DNA of 63,796 bases, the filler included, from Trichomonas gallinae (lineage: Eukaryota): assembly GCA_008369845.1 (NCBI GenBank). It is 8 parts of 8 records of this genome, joined end to end, with 100 filler letters (N's around TTAATTAATTAA, not from the genome) between each part and the next. Parts side by side here need not be neighbours in the genome. Positions count along the whole stretch, not along the records: positions 22,672 to 39,583 come from MRSU01000860.1; positions 39,684 to 43,150 come from MRSU01000864.1; positions 43,251 to 54,899 come from MRSU01000865.1; 5 more parts are not named here. The stretch is one strand, 5' to 3'. The translations under genes were made by a program, and so were the position numbers. The notes beneath the pieces were generated by a model. It did not search any database and was not told the origin of the DNA. It saw nothing but the letters and a program-made list of their open reading frames with translations. Shown here piece by piece: positions 32,801 to 43,710 of this stretch (position 1 is the first letter of the stretch; every line of letters begins with the position of its first letter).

Positions 32801-34800
32801 ATTCTCCTTCTTTCTGCGTCATCGTATTCTCTCTGTTTCTGTCTGTTTTCTCTTCCTCTGTTGTCTCTGTCATCTTCTCCTTGATATAAAGCGTCTCTCA
32901 TGTTGTTGCCTCGCATATCATCTCTCGCTTTGTTTCTGTTTGCTTGTGCTTCTCTTCTTTGCTCTTCCCAGATCTTTCGCCTAATTTCTTCATCATTTTC
33001 TCTCGGTCTGTTGTTGTTCTGTCTTGGTTGGTACTTGTCTTCGCCCTGATACAAGGCATCTCTCATATTGTTGCCTCTCATATCTTCTCGACCTCTGTTT
33101 CTGTTCATAGCAGCTTCTCTTCTTTGGTCCTCCCATATTTTACGTCTCAGCTCTTCATCATTTAGTGGTTGTTGAGGCTTTCTTCTTGGCGGTTCTGGAT
33201 CTGGATCATTATAATTAAAGCAATCATTGGCTCCAAACAAATCATTCCTGTTTCTCTGCTTGTTGGCATCTCTTGCACGCTTTTGTTCTAAATATATCCT
33301 TTGTCTTTCAGCTGCAGCTTCTTCTTCAGCTTTTCTCTTTTGTCTTTCTCTTTCTGCTGCTCTTCTTTCGGCTTCCATTCTCGCCTCTTCCCTTGGATCC
33401 CTTCCATTGCCTCTCTGTTGATAGTTTTGGCGATTATAATTGTTATAATTTTGCTGTGGCTGAGGTGGCGGCGCTCTGTTAGCGTTCTCTATGTCTCTGT
33501 TGTACTTTGCTTCCATCTCCTTCTTCTCTCTTTCTCTTGCGAGCTGTAAAGGATTTTTATATGTTCCATCATTGTAGTTAAAGTCGACTCCACCCTTTCC
33601 TCTTTCTCTGTTCATCTGTGCTATGCGATTTCTGTCATCAAAATCTTGCTGTTTCCTTCTTCTTTCTGCTTCTTCAGCTTCTCTTATTGCTCTTTGCCTT
33701 TCTTGTTCTTCCTTTTCTCTCCTGAGACGTTCTGCCTCTTCCCTTTGCTGTCTCTTCTTTCTTTCAGCCTCTTCAAACTCTTGTTGTCGTTTTTTCGCTT
33801 CGATCATCATTAATCTCTGCTTTTCTCTGATTTCTGCCTCTTTTTTCAGCTGTTCCGGAGATGGCTCAGGTGGTTTAGCTGGTTCTTTGGCCTCCTCAGC
33901 GTTCTGTTTTGCTTCATGCGATGGAATAATCGTTGCAGCAGCGAAAGCTTTGCGTCCGTGAATGACAGTATGCTGCATTTCGTATTTAAGTAGTGTTTCC
34001 GACAAGAAATCTGATAATTTGGATTTAATAAACGGCAAAGTTAAGATTTGATTAATATTTGGACGTTTTTCTGGTTCTTTTGTTAGCATGGTATCAACTA
34101 AATTGCGCAAATCCTGTGAATATTGGGCTGGAATTGGTGTATATTTACCACGCACGATATTCATCAATAATGCATTCATATTCGCTGCTTCGAAAGCGTG
34201 TTTAAGCGTGCAGAGCTCATAAAGAATGCATCCGAGCGACCAAATGTCTGTCTTCGAGTTGTATGGCTTTCCCTGGCATATTTCCGGGGACAGATAAAAA
34301 GGAGTTCCGATTTGCGTCTTACAGACTTGGAATGTGTGCTCCAAAACACGCGCAATGCCGAAGTCTCCGAGTTTTACTGTGCCATCTTTCATTAAAAATA
34401 CGTTTTGTCCCTTTAAATCTCGATGTAATATTTTTCTATCATGACAATACTTAATTGCAAGTGCTATTTGTATGAAATTCTTCATGATTTCTTCTTCAGA
34501 AAATGGCCTTCTTCCTTGTTTTTCGATTTTCTGTGCTAAATCACCGCCATCTGCGAATTCCATAACAATGTAAAGACTTCCGCGCTCTTGGAAATTTTCG
34601 ATGTATTTGACAATGTATGGGTGATTGAGTGCCGCTAACACTTTGATTTCTTTCATAGCTTCATCCCTATCTTTTTGAGATAAAGCTGTTAAACGGACTT
34701 CTTTGATGCAGACCATGTAACCGTCTTTCTTTCGCTTGCCAAGAATGGCCTTGCCGAAGCCTCCTTGGCCAAGGACTTTTACTTGATCATAATTTTGCAT
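29815..34800 (-). CDS. NIMA-related (NEK) Ser/Thr kinase with long charged tandem-repeat tail
   Basis: GQGGFG, HRDLKGQNVF, DFG, GTPFYLSPE, YNSKTDIWSLGC; C-terminal E.IR.FLE..IG motif typical of NEK1-like tails; first ATG 34800. Confidence 0.95.
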   Translation of the reverse strand: MQNYDQVKVLGQGGFGKAILGKRKKDGYMVCIKEVRLTALSQKDRDEAMKEIKVLAALNHPYIVKYIENFQERGSLYIVMEFADGGDLAQKIEKQGRRPFSEEEIMKNFIQIALAIKYCHDRKILHRDLKGQNVFLMKDGTVKLGDFGIARVLEHTFQVCKTQIGTPFYLSPEICQGKPYNSKTDIWSLGCILYELCTLKHAFEAANMNALLMNIVRGKYTPIPAQYSQDLRNLVDTMLTKEPEKRPNINQILTLPFIKSKLSDFLSETLLKYEMQHTVIHGRKAFAAATIIPSHEAKQNAEEAKEPAKPPEPSPEQLKKEAEIREKQRLMMIEAKKRQQEFEEAERKKRQQREEAERLRREKEEQERQRAIREAEEAERRRKQQDFDDRNRIAQMNRERGKGGVDFNYNDGTYKNPLQLAREREKKEMEAKYNRDIENANRAPPPQPQQNYNNYNRQNYQQRGNGRDPREEARMEAERRAAERERQKRKAEEEAAAERQRIYLEQKRARDANKQRNRNDLFGANDCFNYNDPDPEPPRRKPQQPLNDEELRRKIWEDQRREAAMNRNRGREDMRGNNMRDALYQGEDKYQPRQNNNRPRENDEEIRRKIWEEQRREAQANRNKARDDMRGNNMRDALYQGEDDRDNRGRENRQKQREYDDAERRRIWEEQRRQAQANREKMKKMEMGGGAAAEAMRDNSPYEDRDNRVERIAKHDISEEDRRRAYEEQRRAARANREKMKYLEMGGGAAADALRDGDSNDDKYERVERIAKHDISEEDRRRAYEEQRRAARANREKMKNLEMGGGAAADALRDGGSEDDRYERVERIAKHDISEEDRRRAYEEQRRAAKANREKMKNLEMGGGAAADALRDGDSNDDNYERVERIAKHDISEEDRRKAYEEQRRAAKANREKMKNLEMGGGAAADAMRDGDSNDDEYERVERIAKHDISEEDRRKAWEEQRRAAKANREKMKNLEMGGGAAADAMRDDESDNDSSDKAPERISKHEISEEDRRKAWREQRNAAKANREKMKNLEMGGGAAADAMKDDESDNDSLDKAPERIAKHEISEEDRRKAWREQRNAAKANREKMKDLEMGGGAAAEAMQGSEDDSARSNSPERIAKHEISDEDRRKAWNEQRKAAKANREKMRNLELGLNGDEDSNASSADESARRESSPPKHEKHEPTAEELAELARQQRREARANRERLKAQAAGVNMDQLVQEAFGDNPFGVHGGGKIPRDAPPQQQEQPQLIEEKIEDDEPKVEKKHEPTAEELAELARQQRREARANRERLKAQQNVNMDDLLKEAMAEASKAPQEPEKQPEPEKVQEQVDDDTPPQKEKVHEITPEERRQAYREQREIRKRAENAAAEQLNELAAIEAAMNDKPKSKRPPPKFLARLQKKDNDREPSSARSASEGRKSAMKSDAEPSSARSEGRRSAMKSNDEPSSARSAQEERKPLKPVVEAEPPVNENAIGMKPDFGQALSSRSTKEFLKSRSLVMEQLNDEENNNNNNDVENTNDENNANDENIGNDQTLEEQQSNIEDCAKFIEEALCIDDKEAKEEAAFDDEQKRENNSFHLVDKSLNLPVAHDTDSIAYRAEAIRAFLEKEIGFDKLIDIKQAVAKPESEATVDRLLSDLQPGLIVLVQQLLILDDNTVALRV
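31340..32820 (-). repeat. Intragenic coding tandem repeat, about nine units of 174-177 bp
   Basis: ERIAKHDISEEDRRRAYEEQRRAAKANREKMKNLEMGGGAAADALRD repeated. Confidence 0.92.
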
Positions 34801-35825
34801 TTTTTCTCGTTTTTTTGTCAATTTTCTTATAAAAAATTTTTATTGTTATTTATTTTATTGCATTTTATTATTCTATATATGATATTAATTCTATTTTTAA
34901 TAAAAATTATCGAAAATAATAAATAGTTAACGAGAATATATTATAATAATAATTTAAAATTGATATTTCAATATTATATCATAACTAAAATAATATTTTG
35001 ATTTAATTTTAGATTTTTATTTTTTAACTGTGATTTTTTAATGGATATGATATATATTGACAATGTGAATTACTTTTTGCGTTGTGATTTTTGTAAAATA
35101 ATGAGATTTTCTTGGAAAATTTTGAAAATTTGATTTTTGTTTTCGATAGAATCACCAGAACTTGTATTAACATGCAACATAACTAAATATTAATTGAAAA
35201 ATCATTGATCTGTCTTTCAAATTTCATTTCTAAATTTTGAATAAAGATTTATATTGACTTGTCTATATATAACTTTTGTTAATTTACTCTCTATATGATA
35301 AATAATACAGTTTATATGTTGGTTAATGATAAAACCTTTATAATATGATATTTCAGTTGAGATGAAAGCAAATATCGAAATGATCGAAATTTTCCGTGTT
35401 AATAATCAAAAATAAAAGATAATGATATCGATAAGTTTAATAATATTGACCAATATAAAGTTATCGAATTTTGAATAATTTTTTTAACGACAAGCTGATG
35501 GATATGTCGTGAAAAATTGTCCAATTTTTAAATGTTATTGCAAATCTATGAACAAATCCGGGAAAATGACAGTATACTTTTTATTGATTCGAAATTCCAC
35601 TGAAAACATTGATTCTGAACAATTATTCTCTTAAAATCGTGATAAACTACTTATATTATAAAGAAATGTGAGAGTTTATGACCTAATCGTTAGAAACATT
35701 AATACAACGAAAAAAATTAAAGAAATTTTTTGCATGAAAGTCGTTTAATAACTAACAAAAGGATTACTAAAAACAAACGCTATTATATTGTATATCACTA
35801 GTATGGATAATTCATTGAGGAAAAA

Positions 35826-36398
35826 TTATCTCTCGATAAATTCTGGTAAAGAGGCCTTAACAGAGAGTTCGTGGTCATATTTATTGAACTCATCCTTAGT
35901 AACTACAATTGTAAATCCCAATAAAAACAAAAATTCTAATTCCAATACATTTAATTCTTCTAATCTGATGCCGCCGATGGTCGCCCATGTGAGATTGTTA
36001 TAGTACATGTCTGTAGTGAATTTCGATGCTGTTAATAAGCTGCAAAGGAACAGCTTATGCACTGTATTTGGCGTGATTTTTATTTGTGGCTGTTGAATTA
36101 ATAATCTATCTAACAAAATCAGGGCGACTATGAATACTGATCTGGGACAGTTCCCGTTTGTATGTAAATATTCGAGATATTTCAAAATAGGAATTTTCGG
36201 AGGAGATAATGTGTGAAATCTCGACAAAGTAACTTCACGGCCTATCAATAATTTGTTCTGTGAAGCCGCCTCCTGGAGAGTGAAGGCAATTACGCGGAGA
36301 GTAGGAAGGATCTTGTCGTCTTCCTCCTTCCCCATATATCTACAAGAAAAGAAAACGATTACTTTCCCCTCGATTGGTCGGTCGCAATTTGTGAGCAT
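35826..36398 (-). CDS. Cyclin, PHO80/cyclin P-U type
   Basis: PPKIPI..YL, ALILLDRL, HKLFL..LL.ASKF..D.YYNN..WA.IGG....ELN.LELEFL..L.F; start may be 36335. Confidence 0.92.
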   Translation of the reverse strand: MLTNCDRPIEGKVIVFFSCRYMGKEEDDKILPTLRVIAFTLQEAASQNKLLIGREVTLSRFHTLSPPKIPILKYLEYLHTNGNCPRSVFIVALILLDRLLIQQPQIKITPNTVHKLFLCSLLTASKFTTDMYYNNLTWATIGGIRLEELNVLELEFLFLLGFTIVVTKDEFNKYDHELSVKASLPEFIER

Positions 36399-37370
36399 TC
36401 ATTCAATATTTTTAGAAAATTATATTTTGGATGCATATTTTAGTTATATGATTTTCGTATTTTCATCATACAAAAAATAAAAAAATCATGGAAATAACCG
36501 ATGAATGCATCATTTTTCTTCGATAATCGTTATTAACATATAATTTTATGACTAATGACTTTTTTGTAAATTTTTTCTTCAAATTCCTACTTTTATTAGA
36601 TATTTACATTTATAAATACATCCAATATATAAATAACGATAAAAAAATTAATCATTCAATTTTTCACTTTTATCTTTAAATATAATTATTTCTAATATGT
36701 TATGTATTATATAATTTTTGATTTTATTCAAATATATAGATTTCGCAAGTTTATACGGGCGCGTAAGCGCACTAAAATTAGCGAAATCTATACTTATGAA
36801 GCTTATGATTAATTTCACTTTAAATTGCATTGAAATTTGAATTGAAAATAATCATATATAGTATGCAGTATTATATATAAATACCGAATAAAAAATTGAA
36901 GTATTCAATTTTCACTTTTATCTGATAAATAGCTGTAATACATGATATTGATATTATCGTTTGATTTGTAAAATTTCGAAAATGGTTTTGAATTATTAAT
37001 TGATATTTATGTGTTAATTATGATGTGTATTGCATAAACAAAATTTCTCCAATCGATTTCTTATTATTTTTTCCAATGAGGATTCATGAAGTTGCCTTGT
37101 AATCTTTTTATCATCAAAATTAAACTGGTAAAAGACTTACAAAGCCATATATTATTGATCATAAGGTTTAAACCTAATATTTTTGCAATGAAACCAAGTT
37201 TATTATATTTCCTGGCGAATCTTTAGAATTCTTTCAGGTACTATAATATATGTGATGATATGGATGATTAATTATTGTTATTATGTTTAGAAAAGAGATT
37301 ATATTTTATTGAAATATTTTAATCGTTCATTATGATTATAACTTCTCAGTTTACTCTATTTTTCAATATT

Positions 37371-38483
37371 TTATTCAGTTATTATAATCAATTGATAGAA
37401 AAATCTTTCATTGAGAATTTTGTTAGATTGGTATTCGCAGGATGGTTGCATATTATTCATAATATATACATATTTTGCATAACAATTCTTTGGTTGTAGT
37501 TCATTGATTTGATTTATAACTTTGTTTTTCTGTGAGTTTTGAAACACAACTGATCCAGAACCTGTTTTCTGTGTCAATGAATCTGTATATGAATCTTTGA
37601 TTGTTGCTATATAATTCGGATGATAAATATAAACAAGATAATTTGCAACATTATTGAAAAAGTTTGATTTTGAAATAGTTACTACGATATTATTAAAGCG
37701 TAAAACAGAATTTCCACATTGTGAATTATCATTAAAGTTGCATGAATCAATAGTTAATTTACTATTATTACTGGTATAAAAATGTGTAAAAAGATCATAG
37801 TTAGAATCTAAATTTGAATTGTTTGAAATTGTGTTGAAATTGAAAAAAGAATCTCCATGAAATCCTTCAAGATAGAACCCTGATATTCGACTAACTCTGT
37901 TTTTGGTTGAATTTATATTTGAAACATTTTGTTGACCCCAAATCAAATGGAATGTTGAATATGAATTAGAACCATCTGTTCCACATTCAGAAACAGAAGA
38001 ATCAAGGAAATAATTTTTGTGAGTTGATTTTTGACTTGAATAAATTCTGAAGAATTGACCCCAATTATTTGTATATGATTTAGTACAACATGTTTTTGAT
38101 AAAACAGACTGGCCATTACTTCCAAAATATATTGCACCACCTTCTTGTGTATTTGAATTGCTACATTTTGAAAATGTTGTTGATTCAACAAGTAATTTTG
38201 TATCTTGGGAAGATGATGATATTCGAATTGCAGATTTTGTTGAATGGTCTTGGAATTTGCAGTTTGTAATGTAATAACTTCCTGAATACGATGATAATTC
38301 AATTCTTTCATTGAAATTTGATCTTGTTGTGCTAGGCTGCCCATCATAAAATGATGACCATTCATGATATATAATAATATTCAAATCATTTTGATTTTTT
38401 ATTGATTTTCTATTAAAACATTCAACATCGGAAAAATCGCAAAAAAAAAAAAAAAAAAAAAAAAAATGAAATATCAAAATCAA
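37371..38483 (-). CDS. Ser/Asn-rich predicted beta-helix family protein, copy 1 (open frame but no usable ATG)
   Basis: GGAIYF, I..C.F..N repeats, C-terminal QPKNCYA..SCE; 5' end runs into a 26-nt poly(T). Confidence 0.6.
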   Translation of the reverse strand: MILIFHFFFFFFFFCDFSDVECFNRKSIKNQNDLNIIIYHEWSSFYDGQPSTTRSNFNERIELSSYSGSYYITNCKFQDHSTKSAIRISSSSQDTKLLVESTTFSKCSNSNTQEGGAIYFGSNGQSVLSKTCCTKSYTNNWGQFFRIYSSQKSTHKNYFLDSSVSECGTDGSNSYSTFHLIWGQQNVSNINSTKNRVSRISGFYLEGFHGDSFFNFNTISNNSNLDSNYDLFTHFYTSNNSKLTIDSCNFNDNSQCGNSVLRFNNIVVTISKSNFFNNVANYLVYIYHPNYIATIKDSYTDSLTQKTGSGSVVFQNSQKNKVINQINELQPKNCYAKYVYIMNNMQPSCEYQSNKILNERFFYQLIIITE

Positions 38484-38585
38484 TTACGACTCTTTAAGAT
38501 ATCTTTTGCATTAAACTGATTATAAATGAGTATTATATAAAATTATATCTAATGTCAACTACTTTTTTATAGATAATTTATAAGA

Positions 38586-39062
38586 TTATTCAACGATAAA
38601 AGCTAATTAGTATGAAAATCTTTCATTGATGATTTTATTGGATTGATATTCGCAAGATGAATGGATGAAATAAACAAACTTTGCAAAACAATTGTTTGGT
38701 TGTAGATCTTTGATCTGATTAATCACTTTATTTTTCTATGAGTTTTGGAATATAACTGATCCAAGACCTGTTTTCTGTGTCAATGAATCTGTGTATGAAT
38801 CTTTGATAGTTGTTGTTGTAGTTTGCCGAGTGGTCTTCGAATTTGCTGTTTGTGATGTAATAATAATAATTACCTGAATACGATGATATTTCAATTTTTT
38901 TCGGAGTAGCTAGATATTGTTTGGCTTGGATTACCATCATAGAATGTAAACCATTCACGATTTCAATCGAGTCTGTATTCATTTAGTGCTTTTATTGATG
39001 AATTCATGAATTCATTCAGCATCGGAAAAATCACAGAAAATTCTATCAAATAACTCAATCAT
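38586..39062 (-). pseudogene. Beta-helix family copy 2 with nonsense codon and internal deletion
   Basis: MIELFDRIFCDFSDAE* parallels FCDFSDVEC of copy 1; FEDHS is joined to TIKDSYTDSLTQKTG (about 630 bp missing). Confidence 0.82.
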
Positions 39063-39111
39063 TCGATGAAAATAATTACATAATTCAAACTATAAAAAGA
39101 AAATTTTATTT

Positions 39112-39516
39112 TTAAATTGTAAGAATCAGTTGATGCAATAATAATTTATCCTTCAAAATGTTTGTATATTTGCACTCACATGTTTGTAATATGTTTTGAA
39201 ATTGATAAATCAATTTTGCATAACAATTCTTTGGTTGTAATTCATTGATCTGATTAATTACTTTATTTTTCTGTGAGTTTTGGAAAACAATTGATCCGGG
39301 TCCTGTTTTCTGTATTAATGAATCTAAATATGAATTTTTGATTGTTGTTGTATATTGTGAATTTAAAAGATAAACGAAATAATTTGCAATATTTTTGTAA
39401 AAGTTTGAATTTGAAATTATGGCATCAAAATTTGAAAAAGTTAACAAAGAGTTTCCACATTGTGAATTATCATTAAAATTACATGAATTAATGTATAAAT
39501 TACAAAGGTATTGCAA
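39112..39516 (-). pseudogene. Beta-helix family copy 3, 3' fragment
   Basis: SCNFNDNSQCGNS...QNSQKNKVINQINELQPKNCYAK near-identical to copy 1; homology stops about 39500 and unrelated sequence follows. Confidence 0.75.
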
Positions 39517-39583
39517 CTCAGAACCTTATTTTAACGGACGAAACCCAATGGAGCGAAAGTAAGCTGCGACATACTAAAACCAT

Positions 39584-39683
39584 NNNNNNNNNNNNNNNNN
39601 NNNNNNNNNNNNNNNNNNNNNNNNNNNTTAATTAATTAANNNNNNNNNNNNNNNNNNNNNNNNNNNNNNNNNNNNNNNNNNNN
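39584..39683. other. Artificial contig linker
   Basis: N44-TTAATTAATTAA-N44. Confidence 0.98.
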
Positions 39684-42600
39684 TTGTGTGCATTAGTGAT
39701 ACCGTCGAACTCTTTGAAAATGATGTTCAGCATGCGCATGACATACTGAGAGTCGTGTGAACCACACCATGGAGTGAACTCGACGACATCCAAGAAAAGA
39801 ACTGTTGCACTTTTGACGGCAAATGAGATGTTCTTCTCTCCTGCCTGGACTCTTGGGACTAAAGAAGCTGGGAGAATGGAAGCAAGCATCTTGTCTGACT
39901 TCTTCTTCTCGTCGACAATCAACTTTTCGTGCATAACATTCTGTGTCTGGTTTCTTCCAGAATAAATTCTGTTGCCACATACAGAAGTCATCGTGAATTC
40001 CAAGAAAACTTTCTCAAAATTCTCATTAGTGTAGATAACTGTTGTCTTCTGTGTGAAAACTTTGTTAATGTCTCCTTCGCTTTCGAATCTTTCTTTAATG
40101 AAGAACTCTTTGATAGATTTTCCGATAATTTCTTCTTCTCTCATATTGAACATAGACAAAAATGAAGAATTGACAGATAAAATCTTTCCTGTTTCATCTT
40201 GGCAGACTAAAATAACTTCATTTAGTTTATTGACAACATCATTGGAGAAAACTGTATGATGATGACCATCAATTTCATCATCTAATTTGTAATTGCCAGC
40301 CAACAAATCCATGATCTTTGGATGGCTCATTATAACTGTTGGTGGTACTCTTAAAAGTTGGATTAAAGCAAATCTGAGTAATGTTTCTTCCTTTTTGATA
40401 GCTAAAATAATGATAATAGTGAAAATCAATGTTAAAATTGAAAATGTTGCAGCTAATTTTGTCAATCTTGAACCTTGGGCTTTCACATTTTCAACAATTG
40501 ATGGAACTAGTTTTGTTCCTATTGGGAAGAAGAATGATTCATATAATTCAAGTGGACCAAGCTGCCACATCTGATTTACTCCGTCGCCATTTGGCCTTGG
40601 ATATCTTGGTGGATCTTCTTGCATTGCAGCATTCATTCTACTCAAGAATGTGTTAACGAAATACAATTGTTGTGGCATCGTGAAGCAGTGAATGGAATCA
40701 GGAATAGTTTTTGGTGGCTTAAGTGGGTCCTCGCAAACCAACATTTCCTTTGCTTTGTTGATCATTACTTGCATTCCTTCGAAAGGAACTTCTTTTGGAT
40801 CAGTGCCTCCGAGTCTAACAGCGAGGAAATATTGTGTTTGCGTTGGAATAATTCTTGAAATATTTCCAATTTCATCATTAATATCTAAGATAGAATCTTC
40901 GAAAACTGGATGATATTTCGCTAAGACAATTTTCCAAATTCTTGTCATTATAGAAAACAGGAATGAAATTGATCCGTACAAATAGTTGATGTGGTGACAG
41001 TTGTAGTAAACTCTCTGTGAAGCTAGTCTGAAGCAGTCTATGCAGAAATAAAATCCCATGCAAGAAAGTGCCATGATAATAATGTAAATAACTAAAGCCA
41101 TGATTGATGATGTCGAATGCACGTCATCGCCAATTGACGAGAATAATTTTATAATAGACTCTTCTTGTCTCGTTAATTCAACATCATGATTTGATGAACT
41201 CTTTGATCCAGAATCACCTTTAATTTTGTGGAAGGACTGAGAAACATTCGATATAACAACTTTTGGTAGATCAGACATTCTCTTGAAAACAGCCCCATAT
41301 GAATTTTCCAGTTGTCTTAACTGTGTGTAATAAATAATCAGATAAGCAACTATGTTGATAGCAGTCAAAGCAACTAAAATGAGAATGAAAATCTTTTGGT
41401 AACTTTCGTAGCTTGTCTGAATGAAAAGAACCATTTGAGACATTGCATCATTCATGGCGTAAGTTATCATAAGATTGTTGTTTCTCGCCGTCAAAGAATC
41501 TGGGCTATTCGCGATTTCTGGAGTGAGTTTTGAGTTTTCAACAACTTTTCCTGTATATGTGGCAATGAGGAAACTTAAAGCAGTGGCTGATGCTGGTTTT
41601 GTAATAACGCTTGTTTTGTTCATGTAATAATATGCCTCTAAGTTCATTTCAAACAACAAACTTCTGACACTTTCCATGAATTTGTTTCCATATTTGTAGT
41701 GTCTTAAAGGCGAAATCAAGTAGTTTGACTCTGTTATACTCTGTGCAAAGTATCTGCAGATGTCTTTTGTGGTCTTATGTTCGCCAACTGAGTGGAAAGT
41801 TAATGTTTTAAGAGGAATAATTGCAGACATGATCATTTTCGTTGAATTGTATGGATCAGGCATATATTGCAGCAGGAATTTTCCAACAAAAGCAGGCATC
41901 ATGTTGACAAGATTCCTTGTGTAGGCAATTCCTTGCATGTATTCTAATGGAAGATCTAATTCTCTCTCATAAAACTGGAAGAAAGCAATCAAAAAAATCA
42001 TTGGAAATAAAATCAAAATTATGTATCCCCAGATAGTTGAATGGTACATGTATTTGATACCTGGGATAGTATGTGTCTCTATATGGTTGGAAATTGTCTT
42101 TAAAGCTTCATATGAAACATCATCATCGAATGAAAAATCGTCAACATTGAAACTTTCGATTTCGTTTGTCTTTGCTGTTGATTCTATTTGTGTTTCGAGG
42201 CAAACATCTGGAATACTTGGGAAAGCACACAAACCGAGTTCATGAACAACATCTTCTCGAATCCTTAGTCCTCTTGCAAGCTTGTTGATTTCTTCAACTT
42301 TCTTTTTGTATGACAAAATGTCACCTTTTATCTCATATAAAAACTTCGCATGTTGTCTTGCTGAAAATTTGTTGTTTGGATACAATGTCATCAAGTAATT
42401 AACTTCACTCTCGCACAAGGCAACTTCATCATAGGCTGATTTTATTGAAGTTCCCATTTCATTCGTTGATCCTTGTAAAATTAAGTCCCAAATGTTTCTT
42501 AATTTGTTCTTGGCTTTGTTGAAACTGCTTGTCAACTTTGAAACTTTATTTTTGAGCTCAGGTGTCAGTCTCATTTCTCTTGTTTTAGATATTCCTTCGA

Positions 42601-43150
42601 TGTTGCTTGTAACTAAGTTAACTATGAATGTGTTTGTCTTGAACATCGAAATATTTTGCAAAATGAAACTCAAATTTGATGCGTTTTCAGGATAAATGGC
42701 TGCAAATTTTGCATAAACAGCCCAAACATCAATGCTTTCTCTCCACTCATTGATGGCCATCTTAAATATAGAATAATCAAGGCAAGTTGGATGGCAATGA
42801 TTGAATCCTGAAATCAAAATTTGTTTCCATTTGCCTTTTGATTTTATAAGCTTAATATCTTGCAAAGACTCAACTTCATCTAGCAGAATTAAATCTTTCT
42901 TTGTCCTGTGGCTGATGATAATATGTGAAATAACAAAGCAAATTCCAGCAATTCCGAAAAATCCGATAAAGAACCACTCCTTGAACTGAACTGTCCAGAT
43001 CAAGACGGCCATGTTGACAAGGCAAAGGATGATGCCGAAGAATGAGCCACCTAAGACATATGATTGGTGGCGAAGACTAGTAAAAGTGCCACAGTTGAAA
43101 ACGGTTGTAATCAAGTAAATGTAGACTAAAAGTGACGCGAATACCAAGAC
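39684..43150 (-). CDS. Transmembrane adenylyl/guanylyl cyclase with PAS-like domain (partial at both ends)
   Basis: Multiple TMs; G.ILSVN.SF..MF...EEIIGK (PAS-like); SDKMLASILP, TVLFLDVVEFT, LNIIFKEFD (class III cyclase start). Confidence 0.93.
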
Positions 43151-43250
43151 NNNNNNNNNNNNNNNNNNNNNNNNNNNNNNNNNNNNNNNNNNNNTTAATT
43201 AATTAANNNNNNNNNNNNNNNNNNNNNNNNNNNNNNNNNNNNNNNNNNNN
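43151..43250. other. Artificial contig linker
   Basis: N44-TTAATTAATTAA-N44. Confidence 0.98.
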
Positions 43251-43258
43251 AAAAGTTA

Positions 43259-43330
43259 TGCACTGCCCGGGAATCGAACCCGGATCAAAAGCTTGGAAGG
43301 CTCTCATGATAACCACTACACTAGCAGTGC
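43259..43330 (-). tRNA. tRNA-Gly (anticodon TCC)
   Basis: GCACTGC acceptor stem, AGTGG D-loop, AGAGC-CTTCCAA-GCTTT anticodon arm, CCGGG-TTCGATT-CCCGG T-arm; T-run downstream. Confidence 0.96.
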
Positions 43331-43710
43331 CTTACGAAAACCATGCTTTAATAAGTCTTCTGATGCACAAATATTGCTTTTGTTTTTCGCCATTAAACGT
43401 GATCTCATTCTAATAATTCATTAAATTAGCTAATTACTGGAGAATTTATTATTGGCAATGTCATCAATACTCTCTGCATTCACACATTTGATATTAAAGA
43501 ACAATTAAATTTATTTTGTATCAAGAATTCACAAACATTATGAATATCATATATTAACGAAGCACAATCTAATATTATTAGTTATAAACTTATAACTTCT
43601 GGCTGAGTTGACATGCTGAGGTTTAAAAAAAAAAGAAGTTGATGACGGAAACCTATTTAAATTATACCAGTTTAGCTAAATTTAACAATATTATATAAAA
43701 TAAATAATAA

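Noticed and set aside
31340..32820. CRISPR-like periodicity
   Set aside because: In-frame coding repeats with no unique spacers, in a eukaryote
36340..36362. GTAATC...TTGTAG 23-nt intron-like segment in the cyclin 5' region
   Set aside because: No CTAAC branch motif next to the AG as in trichomonad introns; the frame is already open and splicing would shift it
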